DNA from: Eledone cirrhosa
Taxonomy: Eukaryota
Direction: 5' to 3'
DNA: 64,000 nucleotides
Assembly: GCA_964016885.1 (NCBI GenBank)
Contig: OZ024740.1
Coordinates: 36,704,001-36,768,000 of the forward strand
Shown: piece after piece, positions 1 to 12,670 of the stretch
How positions within the stretch are numbered: position 1 is the stretch's first letter
Layout: each line of letters begins with the position of its first letter
Notes under the pieces: generated by a model
Database searches by the model: none
What the model was told of the DNA's origin: nothing
The model's input: the letters and a program-made list of their open reading frames with translations, nothing else
Program-made: the position numbers and the translations under genes

Positions 1-1097
1 ACTCCTATCCATCGTCGTCGACAACACCTACTTCGGATTCCTTGACCAACCAAATATACCAACAAACCTCGGGATTGCCCATGGGATCAAGCCTGTCGGG
101 TGTGCTAGCGATCTCTTACATGGACAACCTCGAGCGCAAGGCCTCAACGCCTGCCACCGCAACGCCGTCGCCTTTTTCTCAAGGTACGTGGACGATATCC
201 TCATCCTCACATCTTCCCAAGACACGGCGAACAGAATCTATGAGACGTTCAACAACACGGACGAGAACATTGACTTCAGTGTTGAACACCCCAACGAAGA
301 CGGGTCACTTACCCTCCTCGACTTCCGAATCAACATCACGGAACAGGGAAGGATCCACTGCAACTTCTACCGAAAGGCAGCTTGCAGGGACCTGTTCGTT
401 CACTACAAGTTCGCCCTCCCTAACAGTGCCAAAAGAGGATACATCACGAACGAGATCGCGCGAATCAAAAACAGATGCAGCGATCCCGCGAGTGGTGTCA
501 CTCATACCAAGCGATTCCTCGAGGTGCTGGAGACGAACGGGTACCCTACCTCGCTCACAGACAGAGTAGGAGACACCAGACACAAGAGACAGAGAGGCAC
601 CCAAGGCAAGTGCTTCCTTAAAATGCCACACCTGGGCGAGAAAACCACCAACGCTATCCGCAAGGCTATACGGAGGGAGGGCCTCGACATCCACCTGGCC
701 CACTCGGGCCCCTCCCTGCGAAGATGCCTCTCCAGGAAACCCGGGAAATCTACTGACGCGTGCTCCCTCAGAGACTGCCCAATACGCAATGCGAACTGTT
801 GCCTACGCACATACGTTGTGTATAAGATAGAATGTGACAGGTGCAACCAATACTATATAAGGTAGCACAATCCGACCTTTGCACATCCGGATCAAGGAAC
901 ACACTAAAACCAGGGCCTCGTCTTTCCGGAAACACATAGACAAATGCGGAAACAAAGACGGAAGGCCCATTGTCACAATTCTAGCGACTGAAAGAAACGT
1001 CGGCACGTTACGTATCAAGGAAGCGCTTTTTATCAAACGCCTTGCACCGCAAATAAACAATCAATCCGAGAGAAGCGAAATGAGGTGGCTGGTTTAA
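1..1097 (+). pseudogene. Penelope-like retroelement (PLE) ORF, 3' part: RT core plus C-terminal GIY-YIG endonuclease, frameshifted
   Basis: QQTSGLPMGSSLSGVLAISYMDNLE and (R)YVDDILIL RT motifs in different frames. YVVYKIECDRCNQYYI-(G)-STIRPLHIRIKEH GIY-YIG and ..LRIKEALFIKRLAPQINNQSE C-terminus. Two frameshifts. Confidence 0.93.
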
Positions 1098-1528
1098 GTT
1101 AACAAACTATGCAGCAACACACGCACACACACACACAAACGAGACAACTACACACGCGCACACACACACACACACACAGTAGCATTCCACCATACGAACA
1201 TACTACACTGCCAATACAGAGGAACAAGGCAACAACACACACACACACACTCAAGCGAGACAACAACACACGCACACACACACACACACTCAAGCGAGAC
1301 AACAACACACGCACACACACACACAGTAACATTTAACAAACAGGCAGAGAATGGACTGACAGCTAGCACCACCCCACTCCCACATTCGGCCGCTGACCTC
1401 TGCCCGACTGACCCCATTTCACGCGCACGCGCGCTCTGCTGAATAGCTCAGATATTCAAAACAACAAACAGCGGAGGACGCGTTTCGCACCTTTCCGACA
1501 GACAACCTTTCCCCCACCCTGGAAAAAA

Positions 1529-1566
1529 CCCCCAGTTGATGGATGTGAATCCGAAATATATAGGGA
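1529..1566 (+). ncRNA. Degenerate minimal hammerhead ribozyme in PLE 3' pLTR
   Basis: ccc-CAGTTGA (2 mismatches to CTGATGA)-tGGAT gtga ATCC-GAA-ATATAT (palindrome)-A-ggg, located downstream of the PLE ORF. Confidence 0.45.
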
Positions 1567-1766
1567 CAATTAAATCTCTCCCAAGGTAACTCTCTCTCGT
1601 GTTCTTATTTTTATTTTATCCTTTATACTCTTTCCTTCATTCTTCTAAACGTCTTATACACACCACGCATCTCAACGTACACCCACTTACATCTCTCTCT
1701 CCACCACCGGATCTTGTTACCCGGAGATTTACCCATTTGCATTGTCGAGGCTTCCAAACGACTTAA

Positions 1767-1810
<44 letters not shown>

Positions 1811-1812
<2 letters not shown>

Positions 1813-2004
1813 CGAAGGAAATGTGGTAAGGAACCGAATGGACCATAACGCACCAGAGTACTCAATACTTAGGGTAGTAGAGGGGGAAATAGGAAAAAGT
1901 ATGACCCCGACGGCAGAGCTCAAGCCGTTTCGACGGCTATTTCAGTCCAGAAATAACCGTCGAAACGGCTTGAGCTCTGCCATCGGGGTCATACTTTTTC
2001 CTAT
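1811..2004 (-). mobile_element. TA-inserted fold-back element, family A copy 1 (about 80 bp tail plus hairpin holding HHR 3' half)
   Basis: Hairpin 1889-2004, flanked both sides by (TA)n. Homologous to 9467, 11795, 12593, 18185 and 38756 copies. Confidence 0.85.
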
Positions 2005-2072
2005 ATATATATATATATCGTTTCTGAATTTGTTTAGCAAGATTCTTTATCTGAAAACGTGTGTTGAAACCG

Positions 2073-2980
2073 ATATTGTTATGCTTTGGGAGGGACATGT
2101 TGCCAATAAGAAACACACGCACCAGTTGCATTCACTTCAATTTATTATAAATTAAATTAATAAATTTAAGAATTTATAAATTTCAGGTTGGTTGGTTGGT
2201 TCCACACCCAGACGATTGTTCATATATTGTCAAAGTTCTGTGACCTCTTCAGTGACTGGGAATTATTTTCTTTTCTTTGTTTTTGTGCCTCTCGTTTGTT
2301 CTGTCCTACGCCATCTTGTTTTTGTGTGTGTTGTGTGCTTAGTTTGCGCATGTGTTACATCCGGGTGTCTGTGTGTGTTTATATTTGTTTATTTATATGT
2401 TTATTTACATGTTACTGGTTGGTTGTTTATTCTATGTGTGTGTGTTTTCATTTTGTCCTTAATTGTAAGTTGTGATGTTGCTATACCATTCATGTTTTCT
2501 ATTTAATTTGGTTAGAGTTCATTTATGTTTACTGCCTCTGTGATTTGTCCAAACATTGCGTCTTTTCTGTGTGTAGATTCTATTTTTATTTCTATGTTCT
2601 CTAATTTACCCTTATGTTCTATTTTAGCATGTTGGTGGAGTACAGATGATTCTTTACTATCTTGAAGCTCTTGCCAGTGTTCATTTATCCGTTCTCTATA
2701 CTACGAGCTGTCTCAGCTATGTACACTATATTCTTATCTCTACATTGTCCTTCAGTACATCTTATGCTCTATATGGTCTTTCTACTATCTTAATATTGAG
2801 GTTATGTTTATCTAGGGCCCTTCTAAATTTGTAAGTTAATTCACCTCTAGGAACCAACCAACCAAGCAACTGGAAATTTATAAATTCTTAAATTTATAAA
2901 TTTAATTTATAGTAAATTGAAGTGTAAGCAACTGGTGCGTGTGTTTCTTATTGACAACATGACCCACCCAAAGCATAACA

Positions 2981-2983
<3 letters not shown>
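2073..2983. mobile_element. Non-autonomous PLE pLTR-derived element with about 130 bp inverted ends
   Basis: 2073-2201 is the imperfect reverse complement of about 2850-2983. The terminus and internal 2455-2510 match the PLE 3' end at 18858-18945. Degenerate HHR-like CTGAAGA...GAACAATCGTC on minus at about 2206-2260. Confidence 0.7.
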
Positions 2984-3027
<44 letters not shown>

Positions 3028-3029
<2 letters not shown>

Positions 3030-4270
3030 GGAGGTGAGTTTTATTGTAGTACAATAAAGCAATGCAGATATCGGATAAGTTGCACTCTACAGTTTGTAGG
3101 ACTGGAGTATAAATAATAATATATAAGATCAAAAGATGGTTAAAAGAGTTCCATGTATTTTATTATGCGCATTTCAAAAACAAATATCATCATGCAATAA
3201 CATTTGCGTTTTCATCAGATAAAATAGGGATACATGATATGAAGGTTAAAACACACTTGTGAATAGTGCAGTTTTAAATCAACATATGAAAAGTAGTTTT
3301 AGATTGATGTGTGATATTGGGAAAAAATTGAGGGGGGTGGGTGGAAAGCATGAAAAAGAGGAGGAGATGAGAGTAAAAAGTGAGGGGGGAGGAGTATAAT
3401 GAGGAAGGATGAGATAGGAGGAGAGATGGGTGATAGAGAGAGAGAGATAGCTTTTATAACTGAGAAAAATATATTGTTTTACATACAGAGGTTGAAAAAC
3501 CGTTGGAAGATAATATATAAATTGAAAGAATTTGAAAATTAACGAAGAGAAAAATTTTAGAATAATGTTAAATTAAGGCTTGTATATTTAAGGGTTTAAT
3601 AATATGTGCGATGAAAAGAAATTGTTAATATGTATTAAGAATAATATTTAAGGGTTTAATAATATGTGCGATGGAAATAAATTGTTGATATGTATGATTA
3701 AAAAATATTAAAATATAGCAATAGTAATGTAATTAAGGATATATTGTGAAAGATGTAGAAGAGAGGATGAATAAGTGTAATATGTATAAGTTAGATGAGC
3801 ATGAAAGGGAGAAAAAATAATGAATTAAGGATGAATAATCTAACGTCAAAAAAATGTTTATGTCTACGAAGGATTTTTTTAAGGTGATATAAAGTAAGAA
3901 TATATTGTGCTGTGTAATAATTGTTTCTACGTTAGGCACAATGATAATTGAGAAGTATCTAGGAAGAAAAGGTACAGATTAGGGGTTTGAAATTAAAAGA
4001 AAGAGAAAAGAAAAGAAAAAGGGAAAAGAAAGAAAGGGAAGTGATAAATAGGAGTGAAATAGAATGAGTAACTAGTATTATATAATGTATAATAAATAAC
4101 ATTGAAATAAGGTAGAAAGATGGGTATATTTTTAAAGAAATATATATGTATATATATACATGTGCCTTTCAGAAAAGGATTTTAAATTGGTAAAGTATTA
4201 GATATTAGCTGTATACTTTATGGAATGTTCTGTGGAATTTATGCAAGCAGAGAGAGAACAAGTCAGTGCG
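3028..4270 (-). mobile_element. Highly decayed AT-rich PLE-derived element ending at a (TA)n tract
   Basis: HHR near the 3' end. Residual peptide PNVETIITQHN (ORF 3733-3939) resembles the PLE RT-EN linker (compare YSTTHNLAHSITASN at 20566-20862). 60-bp tandem duplication at about 3585-3697. Confidence 0.5.
3156..3226 (-). ncRNA. Type I hammerhead ribozyme
   Basis: Minus strand: TATTTTAT-CTGATGA-AAAC(gcaa-atgtta-ttgc...)GTTTTT-GAA-ATGCGCAT-A-ATAAAATA. 8-bp stem I, canonical core, palindromic stem III. Confidence 0.85.
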
Positions 4271-4823
4271 TCTATTTATTATAGAATCAGCAAGGAATCT
4301 CACTTTATTAACAAATACGGACCCCGTCTAAACACTTCTCCCTAAGACGAACCCACAACATACACAGGTTAACATACATACCTACATCAGCATACATCTC
4401 TATCCACATATAAACACAATGACATACGTAAACACACATGTTCTATGGTGCAACACAAATATACACAAATTTGCATACCTTTTGATGTCTATAGATATAA
4501 ACGTGCCGACACACACACATACATATACGCACACATGCATTGCACACTGATGGGCACATACATATTTGTACACAAGTATTCCAATACGGCAAGGCCTAAT
4601 GGATTCCCCATGCAGTACGTACAATCTGGACACTCACACACACCTTGGTCTTATGCCAATACTATATATCATTTCACACCTTTTATTATTAAGGTTTTGA
4701 TGTTCTATTGAGAGAATCGTTTTTACTGAAAATATCGAATAATGTACACCATTTTTACCAGTATCACAAAAATACTGGTCCCCCCCCACACACACATTCA
4801 CACACACACACACACATACACAC

Positions 4824-4854
<31 letters not shown>

Positions 4855-5033
4855 TATATATACACACACACATACACACGCCTACATTAACATACAAAGA
4901 GACATATACACACACACACACACACTTCTCCGTATAAGACAAGAGCTGAAAAATATCTTTTAGCATGTTAAAATATCCCCCCACACGTACAGACACATTC
5001 CTACTGACCATCCCTCTACCACGAATTACTCTG

Positions 5034-5132
<99 letters not shown>

Positions 5133-5662
5133 TCTTAATAGGCATTTGAACTGTCAACAGGCTGCGGTTCGCACACACATCCCTGCTGACCATTATCACA
5201 ACAACGAACCTCTTTACTACTACTACACACACACACACACACACATATATTTGTCTTGAAAGACTTATTTTTCAGTGACTTCTCAATCAGCCGAGACAAA
5301 CCTACATTTGGCGCAAAATCAATTTTTAACATTCACATGACCTCTACCGACCAATCAAAATTGTTTTGACCACAAGAATTTTTTCATACATCTGGAGCCA
5401 CTTTTTTTTTACATAAAACAGGTAGAATTTCCAAAACTAATCAGATTAGAGCAAACATCACGCTCTATCTCAAAATTATTTTTGAAAAGCATTAGAAATG
5501 CGCAACCGGTAAAACTTAAAACCAAAACTGAATACTAACCAATACTATTACTAATTTTTGCTTATTCCTAATTAAACTATTTTTCACTGGGAACAATTTG
5601 TCAGCATTTTCTTTTACTTTTACCAATATATCATAACTCGTGTGTTACACCTCTATTCTTTT

Positions 5663-6195
<533 letters not shown>

Positions 6196-6327
6196 GGCCT
6201 TCCAGTTTCATTTCACATTATATAATATTTGTGTATGTTCTAATTATTTAAAAATTATTTTCAAGTAAACATGATTTTTAAAAAATATTTTGAAGTAGCG
6301 TAACCCAACGGGTCATGGGTGGCCTAG
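6196..6327 (+). mobile_element. Helitron-like non-autonomous element 3' end
   Basis: Ends in hairpin ACCC-AAC-GGGT followed by ..GGTGGCCTAG|T. A second copy lies at 32003-32108. Both follow a TA tract. Confidence 0.5.
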
Positions 6328-6860
6328 TTACATATAAATATTGTGTGTCTTATTTTACTACTGTAAAAGTAAAATGAAAAACTGAACGAGAAACAGTGAG
6401 ACGACAAAATATACTTTGTTCCTATGTACACGTACCTTCGTGCTTTAGTTTGTGTATATACGCCTCCTTAAAAACCTACAATTTTAGATAGAGATCATTT
6501 TATCATAGAAAATACCATAAAGGTGTTCCAGTCGTGAGCATCTAGTCAAGCGCTAAGTAAACTAAGTACACTCGCGTTTGTGCCGATTCCGATACGGTTT
6601 TACATGTTTTTCTCGAATCGTTTAACATACAACCAAAGTTTCAGTGTTTTAAAAATAAAACTGGTGTATTTTAAAAATACAATAACATTAATTAATGACT
6701 ATAAATGGATTTTTTTTTTCATAATTAAAATTAAACTGTTCAGTGGACTACTGAAAAGTGGTATAATTAATTTTTGACGGAGCAAATGTTTATGGGTTCA
6801 TATGATTTTTTCGGCGTGTTGCATGCATTATTAGATTTACGAGTTATACATATACATATT

Positions 6861-6954
<94 letters not shown>

Positions 6955-7249
6955 ATCGGCGTTGGATGCTTAAATCGTACGTATGCAGTAGGCCGTATGA
7001 GCACTGGATGCCCTCGTAGAGCAGAGTATGATATCACAGAAAAAAAGAGAAAAATCAGCGATGTAGCATCAAGACGTATCCGAGGACCGCGCGATTTCAG
7101 AGACAGGTTTGATCACCACATCGATCGTGCCTCGAGCTGGTCGCCCGAGAAACAATAGTAATATGTCCAATAAATTCCTTTCGTCGCAACACTGATTCTC
7201 TTTTTTCTGTGATATATATATGTACGTATGTATGTGTGTCGGTGTGTGA

Positions 7250-7298
<49 letters not shown>

Positions 7299-7425
7299 AT
7301 CTGAGTTTTTCGAATATCAATAATAACATTCGATTCATTTGCAATTATGCAAACAAGCCTCAATTTTATAGCCATGTCAGTAGAATGAACCCTTCATTCT
7401 TGCTCTTGTGTTGGCATGTAAACAA

Positions 7426-7473
7426 AACTGCAGACACTAATGTTTCTGGTTATCAGCCTTCATCAGTACAGCT
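7426..7473 (-). ncRNA. Type I hammerhead ribozyme
   Basis: Minus strand: AGCTGTA-CTGATGA-aGGctgataaCCa-GAA-ACAttagTGT-C-TGCAGTT. 7-bp stem I (2 GU pairs), GUC cleavage triplet. Confidence 0.8.
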
Positions 7474-7514
7474 CACTGTTTACATAATTGCAAACGAACC
7501 GAATGTTATTATTT

Positions 7515-7700
7515 GGTGGATTGGCAGTATCGGTAGGGGGTCGGACGCCATGCTTTCCAGCATAGTTACGTCCCTTTACGATCTGAGTTCAAATCCCGCC
7601 GAGGTTAACTTTGCCTTTCCTCCTTACGGGGTCGATAAAATAAAGAACCAGTAATGCACTGGGTAATTGCTGGCCTTGTGCCTAAAGTAGAAACAATTAT
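7515..7700 (+). mobile_element. tRNA-derived SINE, family 1
   Basis: A-box-like TGGCAGTATCGG and B-box GAGTTCAAATCC. At least 10 related copies in the window, with tail AGAAACAATTAT. Confidence 0.85.
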
Positions 7701-8112
7701 TTATATTCGAAAAACTCAGATTACATTTATTGTATTCAGTCATGTAGAGCGAACATTAAAAAAAATATATATATATATGTATATACATATACATAATGTA
7801 TTATATTGTGTGTGAGTGTCTGATTACATAGGAAAATTTGCCATATATTCCAGAAATCTTTTGCCAACAAAGAAATAGAAATACAAGCAGAATGAAAATT
7901 GTATAGAGATCTAAGGATGTAATAGAGTCTCTGAGAATGCCATAGGGAGGAAGGCGGCCAAGAATTAAACTGTCTACCGTCTAGAATTCCTGCCCTGCCC
8001 ATATTTCCATGTAGTCATCGTCTGGTAATTATTCAGAGTTCAACACTAGTGATATCGATCTCAGGAGGTTACGATGTAGGGTGGGAAATGACATGGTCAA
8101 AGCCACATATTC

Positions 8113-8562
8113 CTTCTTCCTGAGTAAACTATAAGGTCAAGCACACGGATTCTTGTTCCTGATTAAACTATAAGGTCAAGAACACAGACCCTTCTTCCTC
8201 ACTAATCTATAAAGTCAAGGACACAGACACTTCTTCCTGACTAAACTATAGGTCAAGCACATGGATCCTTGTTCCTGATTAAACCATAAGGGTCAAGGAC
8301 ACAAACCCTTGTTCCTGACTAAACTATAAGGTCAAGGACACGTGCCCTTCTTCCTGACTAAACTATAAGGTCAAGGACACAGACTCTTCTTCCTGACTAA
8401 ACTATAAGGTCAAGGACACATACCATTCTTCCTGACTAAACTATAAGGGCAAGGACAGAGGCCTTTCTTCCGAACTAAACTATAAGGTGAAGGACACAAG
8501 CCTTTCTACCTTACTAAACTATAAGGTCAAGTACGCAGACCCTTCTTTCTGACTAAACTATA
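8113..8562. repeat. Minisatellite, about 39-bp unit, about 11-12 copies
   Basis: Unit approximately TTCTTCCTGACTAAACTATAAGGTCAAGGACACAGACCC. Confidence 0.92.
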
Positions 8563-8972
8563 AAAACAACAACGGATGGGAAATAGTAGGGGTTGGGGAA
8601 TAACGTGATACATAAATACCAAAGGAAGCAGAAGAAAATACACGAAGCAGAATTTTTGGTGAATTTAGTCTTCCGGAAATAGCAGTAAGTGCAACAGACG
8701 TGTGTATGTGTGTCTATGTGTGTGTGTGTGTGTGTGTGTGCGTGTGTGAGTGTGTGTGTGTTCGTATGTATGCGTGCGTGCATGAGTGTGTGTATGTGCG
8801 TGTGTGCGTGCGTGAGTGTGTGTGTATGTGCGTGGGTGCGTGTGTGCGTGCGTGTGTGTGCGTGTGTATGTATGTGTGTGTGCGTGTATGTGTGTGTCTG
8901 TGAGTATGAGAGAGAGAAAGAGAGAGAAAGAAAGAAAGATAGAGAGAGAGCGAAAGAGAGAGAGAGAGAGAA

Positions 8973-9022
<50 letters not shown>

Positions 9023-9466
9023 TACATTTTGGCCCAAATCCATTTTTCAAAATGCTTTTCGTAATCATGCCGCCTTACATATTTGCAACAATATATTCGT
9101 GTAGGAACTGCCTAGTTATGAAACTTGGCATCATATGCTTTGGCTAAAGCTGATGAACGGTATTTGACATGGATTCTTTCAGATAAGCAGAAGAGGCGAT
9201 AAAATATACTGCATATACTTATATAAAGAAGAACGAGCATTGACTCGTGTAAAATAATAATTAGATTTCATGAGTGCTTAGTCACATATACGTACACATA
9301 TACACACGCATTTGTGTCTATGTATATATTTATGAAACGAAGTAGTAAACACAACTTTTTGAAGACTTACCATTTCCCTACATCGAAGGGATATAAGCAT
9401 TCGTTCACATGATGCAAAAATACATGCACACACACACACACAGATATATATATATATATATATATA

Positions 9467-9762
9467 TAGGAAAATGTATGACCCCGACGGCAGAGCTCAA
9501 GCCGTTTCGACAGCTATTTCTGGACTAAATTAGAATTTTTAGCCTTAAATAAATAGCCGAACTTTTCAGGGGGTAATTCCTTGAAAAGTTCTGCTATTTA
9601 TTTACCAGGCCAAAAATTTTAATTTAGTCTAGAAATAGCCGTCGTGACGGCTTGAGCTCTGCCGACGGGGTCATACATTTTCCTATTACCCACAATACTA
9701 CCCTAGGTATTGAGTACTCTGGTGCATTATGGTCCATCTAGTTCCTTACAACAACTCCTTCG

Positions 9763-9764
<2 letters not shown>
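9467..9764 (+). mobile_element. TA-inserted fold-back element, family A copy 2 (long central stem)
   Basis: Imperfect hairpin 9467-9686, then tail ending CCTTCGTT(AT)n. Confidence 0.85.
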
Positions 9765-9813
<49 letters not shown>

Positions 9814-10383
9814 TATACATATATATATTTAATTAGAAAGTGAACAACACAAAATATAACTACTCCATTACTAAAGGTTCGGTCTGGATCGGTCATCATA
9901 CAGAGATGTTATATCTGTATGAGATCAGGTTGACAATTGACCTGATCTCAATTTGACAATCGCCACCGACGATTGCGAGAAAGTTCCCTAGGAAAGTTAA
10001 CCAGGAATCTTTTAAAATCTTCCCTTTTGTAGATCTAGTAGGTTCTTTGTTAACTAAGTTAACAAAGAACCTACTAGATCTACCAAACTAAATTGTAAAA
10101 TCATAATATTATAAAATCAAATCAAATTGTTTAGAACTACAAGTGAAGTCATTCTTTTCCTTTAAAAAAAAATATATATATATACATATATATATTAAAG
10201 AGGAGATATGTATCATAAGAAAAGAGGAGAAAAAGAGTGTGATACAGTATACTAGATGCCGATAGCCAAAGCGACGTGTGCTCAATGCTTAGGGATGCAG
10301 ACCTAAACGGTTCAAGTTCCAAACAGAACTTGAACCGTTAAGGTCTGATTCCTGGGTATGTCATTATTTATAAAACAAACTTT

Positions 10384-10450
10384 GTATTGTATCTGATGAG
10401 AGCGTACCAAAATTTTGGTACCCTTGAAATATATATAATAGAATAAATAT
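10384..10450 (+). ncRNA. Type I hammerhead ribozyme
   Basis: TATTGTAT-CTGATGA-GAGCGTACCAAAATTTTGGTACCCTT-GAA-ATATATAT-A-ATAGAATA. One stem I mismatch. Confidence 0.75.
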
Positions 10451-11009
10451 GGTTTTATAAATATAGTTTCCATTTATTAATATCATTGATATTATACTCC
10501 AGAAAACTTGTCCAGTGCTTCGAATCTGTTATAAATATATTTGTTGAATTACCAACAAATTAAATATCCTTTTGCTTATATATATATATATATATAAATA
10601 GATAAATAAATGCCATTGTTAAATAATAAATAAATCTACTAATACCTTAACACTTCACACAAAGTAAAACATTTCGTTTTAATCATTTTCTAACCCGGAA
10701 AAAAGAGAGAGAGAAACAAAAAAGGAAAAAAATATATTTTTCTTCCTAATAATCGTCTCTTTCTCCCTGTTTTCATATATATAAATGTAAGTATGTATGT
10801 ACGTATACGTACATACATATATGTATACAGGCGTACAGTAGTATGTATATATATACATACATGCACACATATATATATGCACGTATCGGTTTACCGAACA
10901 TTTATTATAATGCTCGGTTTGTTTGTTTGTAAACAAGCAAACAGCCCGAATTACGCCGTACAGTGTTTAGGCAACCACGTCACCTTTTTGTTCAACACTG
11001 ACACAGGAA

Positions 11010-11050
11010 CGATGTACTAGTTTCAAGCTTATTAGCTATCGTCAGCATCG
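11010..11050 (-). ncRNA. Minimal type I hammerhead ribozyme
   Basis: Minus strand: CGATG-CTGACGA-tAGCTaataAGCTt-GAA-ACTAGT-A-CATCG. Confidence 0.88.
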
Positions 11051-11794
11051 TATACCTTCCTGCCAGATGGTTGAACGTCTGAAAGTATATACTTTCCTTA
11101 TGCATTCTATTCCATTTATATATATATATAAGAAGAATAAATCGAGGAGAGGCAAAACGTTTAAAACCAAATTTCACTTCTTACATTATGTTTCATCTAT
11201 ACATTGGTTTTAAACATATTGCCTCTCCTCCGTTTATTCTGCTTATACTTGCTCTGCTTACTTTCTTGATTAAATATTAACCCTTCTTTAATATTTAACA
11301 CTGCATCCCTAAGCATTGAGCACACGTCGCTTCAGCTATCGGCATCTAGTATACTGTATCACACTCTTTTTCTCCTCCTTTCTTATGATACATATCTCCT
11401 CTTTAATATATATATGTGTTTTTTTTTTCTTTAAAAAAGGAAAAGAATGTCTTCACTTGTAGTTCTAAACAATTTGATTTGATTTTATAATATTATAATT
11501 TTACAATATAGTTTTGTAGATCTAGTAGGTTCTTTGTTAACTAAGGTGGGAAGATTTCAAAAGATTCCTGGTTAACTTTCCTGGGGAACTTTCTCGCAAT
11601 CGTTGGTGGCGATTGTGAAATTGAAATCAGGTCAATTGTCAACCTGATCTCATACAAAGATGATAACAACTCTGTATGATGACCGATCCAGACGTATATT
11701 AATATTGTCTGGGATCCAGAAACCTTTGGTAATGGAGTAGTTATATTTTGTGTTGTTCACTTTCTAATTAAAAAAAAATATATATATATATATA

Positions 11795-12226
<432 letters not shown>

Positions 12227-12227
12227 G

Positions 12228-12567
12228 GAGGCAAGTGGCTTAGTGGTTAGAGCATTGGCCTTACAAACGAAAGGTTGTGAGTTCAATTCACAGACCAGGT
12301 CATGTGTTGTTTCCTTGAGCAAGACACTTTATTTCACATTGCTCCAGTTTACTCACCTGTAGAAATGAGATGATAGGGACTGGGGTCCATATCATTCCAC
12401 TGTAAAGTGGTCGTGGAGGTGCCTCGGCAAAAAAGCACCCAGCACTCACTGTAAATGAGGTTGGTGTTAGGAAGGGCATCCAGCTGTAGAAATCAAGCCA
12501 GAATCAGTTCCCGTCCCACCCTTGCCAGCAGGGAAAAGCGGACGTAAAATGATGATGATGATGATGA
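12228..12567 (+). mobile_element. tRNA-derived SINE, family 2, with (GAT)n tail
   Basis: TGGCTTAGTGG A-box, GAGTTCAATTC B-box and TCCTTGAGCAAGACACTT core. Related copies at 31645, about 29090 and about 24450. Confidence 0.82.
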
Positions 12568-12592
12568 TATATATATATATATATATATATAT

Positions 12593-12670
12593 AACGAAGG
12601 AGTTGTGGTAAGGAACCAGATGGACCATAACGCACCAGACTACTCAATACTTAGGGTAGTAGAGTGGGTA
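12593..12670 (-). mobile_element. Family A tail-only copy
   Basis: AACGAAGG...GGGTAGTAGAGTGGG between TA tracts, no hairpin. Confidence 0.75.

Larger units (their letters stand above)
7294..7726. mobile_element. Inverted-repeat element with central hammerhead, interrupted by a SINE
   Basis: 7294-7355 pairs with 7477-7513 plus 7701-7726 once the SINE is removed. Confidence 0.7.
9829..11770. mobile_element. Composite with about 470-bp inverted arms (9829-10300 / 11301-11770) and two different convergent hammerheads
   Basis: Arms are diverged reverse complements rich in internal palindromes (e.g. perfect 10029-10083). HHRs at 10384-10450(+) and 11010-11050(-). Confidence 0.8.

Noticed and set aside
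8113-8562. CRISPR-like look of the 39-bp repeat
   Set aside because: The variable parts are short and mutually related rather than unique spacers, there are no cas genes, and the context is eukaryotic. It is a minisatellite.
12228-12300. tRNA gene
   Set aside because: The tRNA-like head continues into a repeated SINE body, and there is no clean cloverleaf.
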